Part shown: positions 35,650-48,624 of the stretch, in pieces | Layout: the number at the start of each line of letters is the position of its first letter | How positions within the stretch are numbered: position 1 is the first letter of the stretch | Assembly (NCBI GenBank): GCA_043228905.1 | Contig: JBHGNT010000020.1 | Location: 2,852,001 to 2,916,000, forward strand | Reading direction: 5' to 3' | DNA length: 64,000 nt | Origin: Azolla caroliniana | Taxonomy: Eukaryota; Plantae; Polypodiophyta | Position numbers and translations under genes: made by a program | Notes under the pieces: generated by a model | Databases searched by the model: none | Seen by the model: only the letters and a program-made list of their open reading frames with translations | What the model was told of the DNA's origin: nothing

Positions 35650-35963
35650 CTGAGATAGAGAGAGGCTGAGATAGAGTGAGTCTCTGTTGTAACCGCCGCC
35701 AGGCGAAGATTGTGAGCATGAGGTCGTTGCCTCTGTGTTCCCCTGTTGTATTCCTCTAAGACATTGTGATAGTTTGGAGCTTGTGGGCTCCCGTGGTTTT
35801 TCCCGTTTAGGGTTTTCCACGTAAACATCTTGTGCACTCTCTCTTGTCTCTTGTTGTCTGCGTGTACGTGCAATTCTCCTCCATTCCCATTCTCGGTGTC
35901 TGATTCGAAACGAAACAATCTAAGACTCGGTTGTGGCCGAGCAATATTCCGTGTTGTGCAAGA
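35355..35963 (+). mobile_element. Copia solo LTR, related to the copia-1 and copia-2 LTRs
   Basis: Starts TGTTGGGA..GGTCCCTCCGGATGGGA; TSD GAATT on both sides; (GA)n tract. Confidence 0.9.
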
Positions 35964-36613
35964 GAATTCGTCAACAAATTGAATTAATGTAAAGCTTTGT
36001 TAAAACAACCATTGTTCTAAACTAGTTTCATTTCTATCTTAGAAGAAACTAAGGCTCAAAAGTTCGATAACTAGAGTGTCAGAATTCGTCAACAAATTGA
36101 ATTCATCTAAAGCTTTGCTAAAACAACCATTTTTCTCAACTAGTTTCATTTCTATCGTAGAAGAAATTAATGGTCCCCTTTTGCTAACTCATGTGACAAA
36201 TGGTAAATAGTAAGGACTCACATTGATATGACATATTTGTGCCTTGAAAACAATAGATAGAACTTCAACATGCCGTAAGTGCACGTTGTGTGCTTTAGCA
36301 TCGTACTCTAATTGGACAAGCAAAAAATATTTCATTTGATTCGAGAATGGCATGTTACTTAATAAGTTTTATAACTATATTGTAAGAAGTTGTCAACAAG
36401 TTGAATTAATATAAAGTTGTGCTCAAATAGGCTATTTTCGTGGACTAGATTCATTTGTATCTTAGAAAAAACTTCGGCGCATAATGTTTTGCTCAGATAA
36501 CAAAGTCTAAAGATTTGGGACAGAGGTTGATATGCAATAACTCAGCAAGAATTTTTTCTAGTACATTTTTGCTTTCTGATACTATACGAGTCGCTTGGAA
36601 GTATGCTCAAATT

Positions 36614-36685
36614 GTGCTTGTAGTCCAACGGTTAGGATAATTGCCTTCCAAGCAATAGACCCGAGTTTAACTCTCTGCAAGCGCA
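36614..36685 (+). pseudogene. tRNA-Gly(TCC) pseudogene
   Basis: B box reads GTTTAAC; T-stem mismatch. Confidence 0.75.
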
Positions 36686-37343
36686 CACTATGTTATTTAA
36701 ATCACTACTTCCAACGAAAAAACAAAAAATTACTCAATTCCATTCTAGAATGATACACACCTTGAAAAGTTTAATAACTGCAGTGTAAGAAGTCATCAAC
36801 AAATTGAATTCATAGAAAGCTTTGCTAAAACAACCATTTTTTCTAAACTAATTTCATTTCTATCTTAGAAGAAACTAAGGTTCAGTTTTTGCTCACTAAT
36901 GTCACAAATGGTAAATATTAAGGACTCACATTGGACATGAGATTTTTGTGCGCTTGTAGTCCAAGAGTTAAGATATTTGGCTCACTATTGGTTTGCTCAG
37001 ATAACAAATCGTAAAGATTCAGGATTGAGGTTGATATACAATAACTCAACAAGAAATTTTTTTAGGACATTCTAGTTTCTGATACTATACGAATCACTTG
37101 GAAGTATACTCAAATTGCGCTTGCCTTCCAATTGTTAGATCCGAGTTCAACTCTCAGCAAGCGCACACTATGTTATTTCAATCACAACTTCCAACGGAAA
37201 ACCAAAAATTATTCAATTCCATTCCAGAATGATACAGAACTTGAAAAGTTTCATAACTAGAGTGTAAGAACTCGTCAACAAATAAAATTCATATCAAGCT
37301 TTGCTAAGACAATCGTGTTTTTCTAAATTAGTTTCATTTTTAT

Positions 37344-37978
37344 TGTGAAATGCACATAAAAAGAAACCAAACCAGCTTGCCTAGCTTTTTACTTATCGTT
37401 CAATTTATAGAAGATACAAAGGTACCCATTTTGGGCCGGTCTAGCTACATGCGTCCCAAAAGGGTGTGCTAAATGGGTGTGCTAAAACCGGTGGTGTGCT
37501 AAAAGGGTGGTGCATTAAGAGGCAAGGACTCTTGGAAGAGGCGGACGCTTGGATGTGGAGGGTTGGCTCTTCCATCAACACCCGGAAAATCAGTTTCCCA
37601 GAAGTTCAACCAACGATGTCGCATCAGCCATAGTTATCTGGACTTGTTGCTTGTGAGACTGTTGTTGCAATTTCCGGCAGTGACGTCGGGCATGTCCATA
37701 ATTGTTGCAATAGAAACACTTCGGGCGCCCTTGGCCATTGCGATTGGGAAGGTTGTGGCATGTTTTGGACATCAATGTCCATGGGGGCCGCGCCTTGGTA
37801 TTGGGCACGCAAGTCGGTCGATGATGGATGGGTCCAACATGGTTGGGAGTCTGATAACGTAGAAGCTTCGATGCGTTGGGCAATTAGGATGGCATCATTG
37901 AATGTCATGGGACCTTGGTCTTGAGCGTGGCGAGTGATGTCATGGCGCAAACGGGGTCATAAGAAGAAAAGCTTCACA
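37344..37978 (-). mobile_element. Retroelement fragment with the C-terminus of a gypsy gag
   Basis: PMDID motif and CFYCNNYGHARRHC knuckle on the minus strand. Confidence 0.7.
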
Positions 37979-39457
37979 TGTTGGGGCACACTATTGGTTA
38001 ACTCAGATAACAAATTGTAAGAAAGAACTATTCAATTCCATTCCAGAAAGATACAGACCTTGAAACGTTTCATAACTAGAGTGTAGGAACTCATCAACAA
38101 ATAGAATTCATATTAAGCTTTACTAAAACAATTGTGTTTTCCTCAACTGGTTTCATTTCTACCATTGAGGAAACTAAAGCTCACCCTTTGTTCACTCATG
38201 TTGAAGAAACTAATTCTAAAGATTAGGGACTCACGTTGATATAAGATAGTTGTGTGCTTGTAGTTCTACAGTTAAAATATTTGCCTTAAAAGCAATAGAT
38301 AGAACTTCAACATTCGGCAAGCACACGTTGTGTGCTTTACAGCAGTAATCCAATTGGACAAGGAAAATCTATTCGATTCGATTCGATTCAAGAACAAGAG
38401 TGTAAGAAGTCGTCGACAAATTGAATTCATCTAAAGCTTTGCTAAAACAACCATTTTTCTAAACTAGTTTCATTTCTATCTTAGAAGAAACTAAGGCTCA
38501 GCTTTTGCTCACTCATGTCACAAATGGTAAAGATTAGGGACACACATTGATATGAGATATTTATGCGCTTGATGTCCTACAGTTAAGATATTTGCTTTGA
38601 AAACAATAGATAGAACTTCAACATGTCGTAAGTGCACATTGTGTGCTTTAGAGTAGTACTCCAATTGGACAAGCAAAATCTATTTGATTCGATTCGAGAA
38701 CGGCATGCTACTTGACAAGTTGTATAACTATATTGTAAGAAGATGTTAACAAATTGAATTAATATGAAGTTTTGCTCAAACAACTGTTTTTGTGAACTAG
38801 TTTCATTTCTATCTTAGAAGAAACTAAGTTTCACCTTTTGGTCACTCATGTCACAAATGGTAAAGATTAAGGACTCACGTTGATATGACATATTTGTGCG
38901 CTTGTAATCATATAGTTAAGATATATGTCTTGAAAGCAATAGATAGAATTTCAACATTCCGCAAGCTCACGTTGTGTGCTTGAGAGCAGTACTCCAATTG
39001 GACAAGCAAAATCTATTCAATTAGATTCGAGAACAGGATGTTAGTTTATAAGTTTCAGAACTATATTGTAAGATCTTGTCAACAAATTGAATTAATATGA
39101 AGTTTTGCTCAAACAACCGTTTTTCTGAACTAGTTTCATTTCTATCTCAGAAGAAACTAAGGCTCACCGTTTGCTCATTCATGTCACAAATTCTAAAGAT
39201 TAAGGACTCACATTGATCTAAGATATTTGTGCACTTGCAGTCTCACAGTTAAGATATTTGCCTTGAAAGCAATAGATAGAACTTCAACATGTTGTAAGTG
39301 CATGTTGTTTGCTTTAGAGCAGTACTCCAATTGGACAAGCAAAATCTATTTGATTTGATTCGAGAATGGCCTGTTAGTTGACAAGTTTTATAACTATATT
39401 GTAAGACGTTGTCAACAAATTGAATTAATATGAAGCTTTGCTCAAATAGGCCGTTTA

Positions 39458-40006
39458 GCTATTTTTAGAAGTTTTTATTCTCATATTGTTAGCAATGACG
39501 CAACGACCTTCTAATCATCATATCTCCCTCGCCCGAGATCCACCTTTAGTGATTTAAAGTTGTAAAGATAGTTGACTTCACGAGCGTTCTAACCCATATT
39601 TGCACATTATATTTCGGTCTCAAAAAAAGAGTTATGATCGTTCGTTTTAGGCTGTGTTCTGGTGGCTCGCTATTTTCTTCTTTTACTTTTCTCCATGTTT
39701 CTTGCTTTTAGTTTGACTTATCCTGAAGACCTTAGTTCATGTTCTTGCCCACCCGATGTGAATGCTCCATTCCTTATATTCTTGTAGTGTTCAATACCTT
39801 TAATTCTAAAAACACTTTCACATTTAGCCCCCCACCCCCTTGCTTCTTGGTGAACCATTTATGGTGAACCCTAAGCTATTAATAAAAGCAAAGATTCTCC
39901 TTGGCCTTATTCATGGCTATAGACAAAGAAGGAGAGAATGAGTAAAAAAGAAGCAAATTATGTGAGTAAAACCCCCACTAGTCGGTAGGAAAAACCTCAC
40001 ACTTCT

Positions 40007-40055
<49 letters not shown>

Positions 40056-43000
40056 AAATTGCCATCACCATCTTTCTCCTTCTCAACACAAAGAATGAGG
40101 TTACCACAATTATTATGTCTTCGTCAACTCTCCAAATACAAGTAAGCATGTCAACATATGAATAAACCTTTTAAGCGAGCGAACCTTTTGCACAAATACC
40201 TTCAAAGCTTTGAAACTTGTTGGAGTTGTCACCTTTTGAATTACTTTGATCTTTGATTCATCCATATAAATTCCTTCTTGCACACTACCTTGTTTTGTAT
40301 ACATGACTATTTCATCTACAATATCATCTCGAAAAGGAAGTGAAAATTGATCTTGTTTGGTTGAATCATTCAAGGGTTGGAAGTTGATGTCTTTCTCCTT
40401 TAGAACCACAACAATAGGTGACACACATTTCAAATCCTCCATATGATAAATGAAACTCTCTTCTAACAATGCTTTGAGATCTTCCTTTTGCGCAACCTCC
40501 AATTGTTGAAGCATTTGGGCAATGGGTACACTCTCCTTTAACATGATGTGGTGTTTGATGCCATCTTCTCCTTTTATATGAGAATAGACATTTATGAGCA
40601 ACTTTGGAAACTTAGAAAGAAGAGATATAAACCTTAGGTGCTCTTCTCCTTGGATATTGCCAGAAATCATCTTCTTTTTCCTTTCTTCAATGATTTCTCC
40701 TTCCTCGGACACCACACAGAATAATTTGTTTTCCCTATTCCACGAAGATCCATCACTTGTTGTGCTTTCCTCTTCTTGGTTGCCATTGTCGATAGATGAT
40801 TCCTTCTCCTTTATACATTTGATTAGTTGTTGTAGATACAAGTCGTAGAAGATGTTAAACACCTTTGATGGTGAGATGTTTATGATACTCCAATCATGTA
40901 TTACATGTAATTCTTGCATCCAAGGTCTTACTAGTATTAAGGAATAAGATGGACCTTTAATGAGTATTACATGTAAATCCATGGAAATGGATATGCCAAA
41001 AAAATCAATAACCTTATCCTCTATAGCTCCCAAACAAGGAACCGAACCCTTGTTAACCATGTTTGAGGACTTTTGACAAATAGGATTTCCAATTTTACTC
41101 ACTATGACATTGGATGAATGACCAATTCTAATACCACTATTTACTAAGGCATCCTTAATTAAAAGACCTTTCTTGGTTACTGAAATAACGGGTCGAATAT
41201 CCTTTCGATCCTTCACTCGTACAACTCCAGCATAGTGCATTATTTTGGTACTTTGACGTATGCTCGCTAGTCTTCCCCATTCCTTACGTATCTTTGGAGA
41301 GAGTTGAAGAAGTTGCAGTCAAGTGATCTAGAGTCCATTAGTAATCAACTCTCGCTTGAGGTCGAAAGGCTCCACTCCTTTCCCCATAGGCATGTCCTCC
41401 ATATTGATCTTTCTCCTTGAACGACGTCTATTTGAAGGATTCTCCATCTTAGACTCCATAAACTCCTTAGCCTTTTCTTTATTTGAGGGTTACTTGACTC
41501 ACCTTCCATCTCTTTGCCATTATGGGTTGCTCGAGTTCTCTTGATTGGAACAACATCACAATCATCGTCAGTATCATACATAAAATCAAGAACATTTACA
41601 TTGGGAGGTATTGTTGGAACTTGAGCCATTGGCAACGGTCCTCCATCACTAGAAACTGGATTATTGTTATTTGCATGGTTGTCAAGGGAATTTGAACCTC
41701 GAACTTGATCGATACCTCGTCCTAAACCTCCTTGTTGTTTCGAAGGACATCGTTTAGCAATATGTCCTCACAAGAATAACAAACCAGGACTCTTTTTTCT
41801 TGTGACACTACTCGAGCTTGATTGGTGTTGAAACTTGCTTGCATTTGGCGAAATTGATTCATTTGCTCATGAAGGCGTCGATTTAGTTGCTCAGGGAAAC
41901 TTCCATCTATTCTTGAATGATCTACATCTTGCATAATTGGTATACTAGTGTGGTTAGTTATATTAGAATTAAAGATGTTTGGAAAAACTTGTCCTCCATG
42001 TACAATAAAGGATAGATGTGGAGCGTTTAGAGTCGGCACCACATTCCTACCAGCTATCACCACCATTGTATCAGCTCCCATCTGCATCACTTTTAGTTTT
42101 CTATCATAAACTTGACACACTTGTAGAAGAGTTTGAAAATTGGTTGGCTCCTTCAAATTCGCCTCCATTGCAAAGTAAGGATTGAAGCCCCCCTTGAAGC
42201 GATCCATCTTGAACCACTCATCCTCTACGCCTCCTCGTAGACGGATCCATGTTGACCAAAGCTCTTTGAATACCCTCTCGTACTCAGAATACTCCATCGA
42301 TGTTGACATACGCAACACAAAGAGTTCCTCTCGCACGTCCATCGCATTACGACGTCGGATGAACCTGCTTTGAAATTGTTGAACCAACAATTGGTAGTTG
42401 GTTTGTTGGTTGGGAAATAGGGACTCATACCACTCCCGGGCCCTTGAGTAGAAAGTTACCACCAACAAGGGAAGTTTCTCTATGTCCTTCACTTTCCTTA
42501 TCGAAACCGCGTGATGCTCGAGGATGCCAAAAAGGCTCCTGCATCATGAACGCCATCACCTACAAAGGCAAATTGAAAAACCATATCCACGTAATACTAC
42601 GACACAGTCAATCTTCTCAAGATGCGGAAAAAATTGACCCTCCCTGGAGCGCCAAAATGAAAGGGTGATGATAGAAATAAGAGATAAAGAAGATATATAG
42701 AGCCAAACAACATAGATCTATTGATAATGAATGATCACACTACATGAATGGGAAAGAAAACACCACAAGAAGTAAACTTAGAACAAAACCCCCAACCTTA
42801 CTCTCCTCCCCTTATTACAAAGGTATCACTTCTTCTATATCCCCTTCTATACTCCCCTTCTCACTTCTTATAATCTTCGTCTACTCTTATTTCACGCTTT
42901 TTTTAGAAGTTTTTTATCTCCTATTTTTAGCTATGACACAACGACCTTCTAATCATCATTTGTCCCTCGTCTGACCTCCAAATTTAGAGATTTAAAAAGC

Positions 43001-43173
43001 TACAGATAACTCTCTTTACGAGCTTTCTAACCCATATTTCAACATGATGTATGGGTTACAAAAGAAAGAGTTATGATCATTCGTTTCAGACTATGTTTTG
43101 GTGGCCCGCGTTTTTCTTCTTTTACATTTCTCCATGTTTCTTGCTTTTAGTTTGACTTATCCTCAAGACCTTG
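39458..43173 (-). mobile_element. Old degenerate Ty3/gypsy element
   Basis: Diverged LTR copies (39458-39739 partial; 42658-43173); PBS TGGCGCTCCAGGGAGGG at 42638-42654, probably tRNA-Asn; gag 41722-42492; deleted pol 40113-41240. Confidence 0.85.
40008..40051. repeat. (CA)n microsatellite
   Basis: About 21 CA units. Confidence 0.95.
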
Positions 43174-43754
43174 TGTTACAGACATGACCATATAATATCC
43201 CATGGTGAGAATTTACTGTAGTATTCTATACACGTGGATAAGTGTGAGGGTTAAACGAGAGTGTAAAGAAGGGGTGGATTACTTTTAATCCTCGGGATTG
43301 AGACAACCCATTAGGCCAAGTGTGAACTTGCCTGGGGGCCTTGGGTCTCGCTATAAATATGAGGCCTCGCTACCTTTATTTGATCATCTTTAATCTACAT
43401 CGAGACTCTGACGTTGTGGTGGGTCAACTCTTGTAGTGAGCGAGCCAGCCCTAGGTACGACTCGACGCCACGACAGTGGTATGGGACGCCGATCGATACT
43501 CGAGTCCGTCTCAATCCCTTCGGTCGGGGGTAGTCGGGTGGATCGGCACCCTTCTTTCTCTCTCTCCTTCCTATCTATCTATCTTTTATCCTTATTATAT
43601 GCTTACTTTAGTGCATAATTCTTTTGACTATGTTGAGACTTTGACGTTGTGGTGGGTCAACTCTTGTAGCGAGCGCGCCATGTTGGGAGACAGGTCCCTC
43701 CGGATGGGAAGGGAGAAGAACAGTGTTGATGAACAAACTCAGCCGAGGCCGAAA

Positions 43755-44100
43755 CCGGATGAGGAGTACCCAGCTACGGAGAGTCGGATGGTGCAGACCC
43801 GGTGAGAACCGGATGAGGAGTACCCGGCTACGGAGAGCCGGATGGTGCAGACCCGGTGAGAACCGGATGAGGAGTACCCGGCTACGGAGAGCCGGATGGT
43901 GCAGGCCTAGTGAGAACCAGATGAGGAGTACCCGGCTACGGAGAGCCGGATGGTGCAGACCCGGTGAGAACCGGATGAGGAGTACCCGGCTACGGAGAGC
44001 CGGATGGTGCAGACCCGGTGAGAAGTGCTCACCGGATGAGGAGTACCTGGCTACGAAGAGCCGGATGGTGCAGACCCGGTGAGAAGTGCTCACCGGATGA
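43755..44100 (+). repeat. 54-bp tandem repeat, 6 copies, in the copia-2 5' LTR
   Basis: Unit CCGGATGAGGAGTACCCGGCTACGGAGAGCCGGATGGTGCAGACCCGGTGAGAA. Confidence 0.95.
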
Positions 44101-44580
44101 AGAGACATATTCGTAAATATGTTTCCGAGAGTCCATCGTGGCTATATTTGTAAATAGCCGAAAAGTCATATTAGTATAAATATGACTTAGGGCAAACTTT
44201 TAGTAGTTGTTGTCATTCTTGTTGGTGCAAGGAGAGAGAGTGTGTGTGTGTAACTGTGTACAGAGAGAGAGAAAGAGAAAGAGGTTGTTGCCTCTGTTGT
44301 AACCGCCGCCTGTGGCGAGGATCGTGAGCTCGAGGTCGTTGCCTCCGTGAACTCACTATTGTACATTCTAACATAGTGATAGTTTGCAGCCTGTGGGCTG
44401 CCGTGGTTTTTCCCTTAGTTTGGGTTTTCCACGTAAACATCCTGCGTACTCGCCTCTTCTTCATGTCGTTCATTATTTCCCATTTTCTGTGTATGATTCT
44501 AAGCTCGGTTGTGGCCGAGCGTTGTGTATAGGGAGCGTGCAGTGCCCGTCAAGTGGTATCAGAGCAAAACGACATAGAAA

Positions 44581-47500
44581 ATGGACGAATCGTTTGGTGG
44601 CATGTTCAAGCTCACCGGCTCCAACTATTCAATGTGGAAGTCGAAGATGAGGGACATGCTCGTGGTTAAAGATCTTTGGTTACCGGTTCAGTTCGGGGAC
44701 AAGAAACCGGACAAGATCGATGCCACAATATGGGAGGTGATGCACATGAAGACAACGGCGTACATACGGTGCTTCATCGACATGAGCCTATACAACAACT
44801 TCAATGAAGAGAGCAAGGCTCATGAGCTCTGGGAGAAGATCGGCATTATGTTTCAAAACAAAAATGCTATTAATCAGGTTTCGGTATTCCGGAAGCTTGT
44901 AAGACTTCAGTACCAAGATGGCTCCAGCATGGCGGAGCACATGAATGCCTTCCAGGGGCTGATCCACCAGGCAACTTCATTGGAAGTACCTCTCGCCGAT
45001 GAGGTACTAGCGCTACTCCTGCTCGGTTCCCTCCCAGATAGCTGGGAGACGTTGGTTGTCACTTTGGGCAACGCCGGGCCAGAAGGAAAACGGTTATCCC
45101 TAGCAAGAGTAAGGTCGAGCTTGCTAGATGAGGAGGCGCGTCGGAAAGATAAAGATACGAGCTCCGACTCCAAAGCGCTCCTTACCGAATCGGAACGCGG
45201 AAGACATAGAAACCGTAGTCCCCAGAACCGGGAGAAGTCGGGGACACGGTCAAAGTCAAGGGGAAGGCCTACTTGCTTCTATTATGGCAAGCCGGGACAC
45301 TTCCAAAACAACTGTCGGCATTTCCGAAAAGACAAGGAAACCGACGGTACCAATTCGAAGCGGACCCCGGACCAGAACAGTAAAGACCGGAGGGGGCTGG
45401 ACCGGAAGGGAACGACGGCAATCGCGGCAAGTGAAGAAGAGTTGATGCTCATCACCGAGGAGAGTGAGATAAACCTTGCCGGCGACGAGATGACCTGGGT
45501 GGTAGACTCCGGAGCGTCGTTCCACCTTACCCCGGACCGGAAATGCTTCTCATTCTACGCAGCCGGTGATCACGGCTATGTTCGGATGGGGAATGAAGGT
45601 ACATGTCGAATTGTCGGCATAGGAGACGTGTGGCTGACAACACCAACCGGATGCAAGTTACTGCTGAAGGATGTCTGACACGTTCCGGAGGTTCGTCTGA
45701 ACCTGATATCAGCCGGTCGGCTAGATGATGAAGGCTACACGGGTAGCATCCAGAACGGTGTCATGAAGTTCAGCAAAGGAAGCCTGATTGTGGCTCGGGC
45801 CCGGAAGGTCAACACACTATACCTAATGAATGCCCGGTTATGTCCAGAAGAAGTGAACGTGGCATCCGACACTGCCGGTGAGCTGTGGCACAAGAGGCTG
45901 TGTCATATGAGCAAGAAGGGGATGAAGAGGCTTGCAGACGACAACCTCATTCCAGTGAAGAATGTGCACTTGGAGAAGTGCACTGATTGTCTGGCCGGTA
46001 AGCAAAACCGGACCTCCTTCCGACCAAGGCCACCGATGAGACGTAATGCACCACTAGATTTGGTGCATACGGATGTGTGTCAAGTAGACATGAAGTCACA
46101 TGCCGGAGCGCAGTACTTCGTGACATTCATAGATGACCACAGCCGGAAGCTATGGGCCACACCGTTGAAGACGAAGGATCAGGTGCTATCCGTCTTCAAA
46201 GAGCTCCACGCGAGAGTGGAAAGAGAAACCGGCCGGAAGCTGAAGGCGGTTCGAGTAGATAACGGAGGAGAATACCGGGGGCAGTTCGAGGAGTACTGCC
46301 GCTCGAAGGGAATCCGGCTCGAATTTACCGTGCTGAAGACGCCGGAACTAAACGGACTGGCCAAGAGGATGAACCGGACCATAATGGAGAGGGTCCGGAG
46401 TATGCTAGCGCATGCAAAATTACCCAAGAAGTTTTGGGCTGAGGCATTGTCGACGGCGACATATGTTATAAATAGATCACCCTCAGTACCCTTGAACAGA
46501 GACACGCCATAGAGAGTGTGGACCGGTAAGGAAGTATCCTACCGGCATCTGAAGGTGTTCGGGTGTCTCGCGTACGTGCATGTAGCTAAGGACCGGAGAG
46601 GAAAGTTAGATCCAAAGACCCGGCCATGCATATTCCTCGGTTATGGTGACGATGAGTTCGGCTACCGAGTGTGGCACCTGATCGACAAGAAGGTATTCCG
46701 GAGTCGAGATATTATCTTCATGAAGGACAAGACGCTCGCCGACTGGGAGTCGGAGAAGAAGATAATGAACTCCGAGTCGACCGGTAAGGATCGACTCTAC
46801 GATGAGCAGACCCAACCGGTAAGAGACCGGTTAGCACTCGAGGGACCAGCCGGTTATGGTGAGGATACCGAACAGGCTAAAGAAGAAGTAGAGGAAGCTG
46901 AAACCGGAACCGGCCAAGACCCTGAATCGGATTCGGATGAAGAGTAAATGGAGGAGCCGGTTACCGAATCCCGGAGACGGAGATATCCTCTCAGAGAGAG
47001 AAGGGCGCCCCAGAGATTTCCAGATGCAGAGCATGTTCTACTGACCGATGAGGGGGAACCGGAAAGCTTCGAAGAAGTGAAGGATGACGCCCACAACTGC
47101 AAATGGTTAAATGCCATGCAGGATGAGATGCATTCCCTGCATGAGAACCATACGTACAAATTGGTGGAGTTGCGAAAAGGAAAGCGGGCACTCCGAAACA
47201 AGTGGGTGTACAAGTTGAAACCGGGAGATGCCGGCAACCCCCCAAGATACAAAGCTAGGATCGTGGTGAAGGGGTTCCAACAGAAAAAGGGCGTGGACTT
47301 TGACGAGATATTTGCCCCGGTAGTAAAGATGACCTCCATCCGGACGGTGCTGAGTATAGCGGCAAGCATGGACCTCGAGGTAGAACAGCTGGACGTGAAG
47401 ACAGCATTCCTTCACGGCGACCTCGAAGAGGAGATCTACATGCAGCAACCGGAAGGATTCGTGGAGAAAGGGAAGGAGCACCTGGTATGTCGGTTGAAGA

Positions 47501-48624
47501 AGAGCCTCTATGGGTTGAAGCAGGCCCCCCAGCAATGGTACCAGAAGTTCGACTCCTTCATGACTGATCAAGGGTACCACAAGACGCAGGCCGATCACTG
47601 CGTGTTTGTGAAGAAGTTCGAAGGAGGCGACTTCCTGATACTCCTTCTGTACGTGGACGACATGTTGATCGTCGGACGGGACCAAGCCAAAATACGAATG
47701 CTGAAGAAGGATCTCAACCGAACCTTCTCAATGAAAGACTTGGGTCCGACAAGACAGATGCTGGGGATGCATATTATTCGGAACCGGTCAATGAAGCAAT
47801 TATGGCTGTCACAGGAGAAGTACGTGACAAAGGTGCTTCAGCGGTTCAACATGTGAGATGCGAAACCGGTCGGATCGACACTTCCTGCAAACTGCAGGCT
47901 ATCCGGTAAGCAAAGCCCGAAGATGAAAGCAGAGAAGGCGGATATGATGAAGATTCCATATGCCTCTGCCGTCGGGAGCTTGATGTACGCAATGGTGTGT
48001 ACCCAACCGGATATAGGATACGCAGTCGGAGTGGTGAGCCGGTTTATAAGCAATCCCGGCAAGGAGCACTGGAACGCGGTCAAATGGATACTCCGGTATT
48101 TGAAGGGCACTTCAAATATGTGTCTCCAATTCGGCTCCGGAAAACCTCAACTTGACGGTTTCACCGATTCGGACATGTCGGCTGATGTGGATACCAGCCG
48201 GTCTACATCCGGGTATGTAATGACATATGCAGGGGGAGCTGTTTCGTGGCAGTCGAGGCTGCAGAAGACGGTTGCATTGTCAACCACGGAGGCGGAGTAC
48301 ATGGCAGCTGTGGAAGCCGGCAAGGAAATATTATGGATGGACTTCATCGGAGAGCTCGGTATCCGGCAAGATGAATACCGACTCTATTGCGACAGTCAAA
48401 GTGCCATCCATCTTGCTAAGAATGCGGCCTACCATTCCCAGACGAAGCATATCTAGCGAAGATATCACTCGATCCGGGAAAGAGTAGATGACCAGGAGTT
48501 CGCACTGACGAAGATCCACACGGCCGAGAACGGGTCAGATATGTTGACCAAAGTGCTGATACCCGACAAGCTGGATGCATGCCGGAAGAGCATTGGACTA
48601 GTAAGACAGCCCATGCCGGAGTGA
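44581..48624 (+). pseudogene. gag-pol: Copia-2 gag-pol with several in-frame stops
   Basis: Collinear ORF pieces carrying PR, INT, RT and RH motifs. Confidence 0.93.

Larger units (their letters stand above)
33528..39457 (+). repeat. Degenerate edge of the tRNA satellite
   Basis: Same motifs with indels and irregular subunit order. Confidence 0.9.

Noticed and set aside
43608-44108. ORFs with 18-aa repeats
   Set aside because: Translations of the 54-bp LTR repeat.
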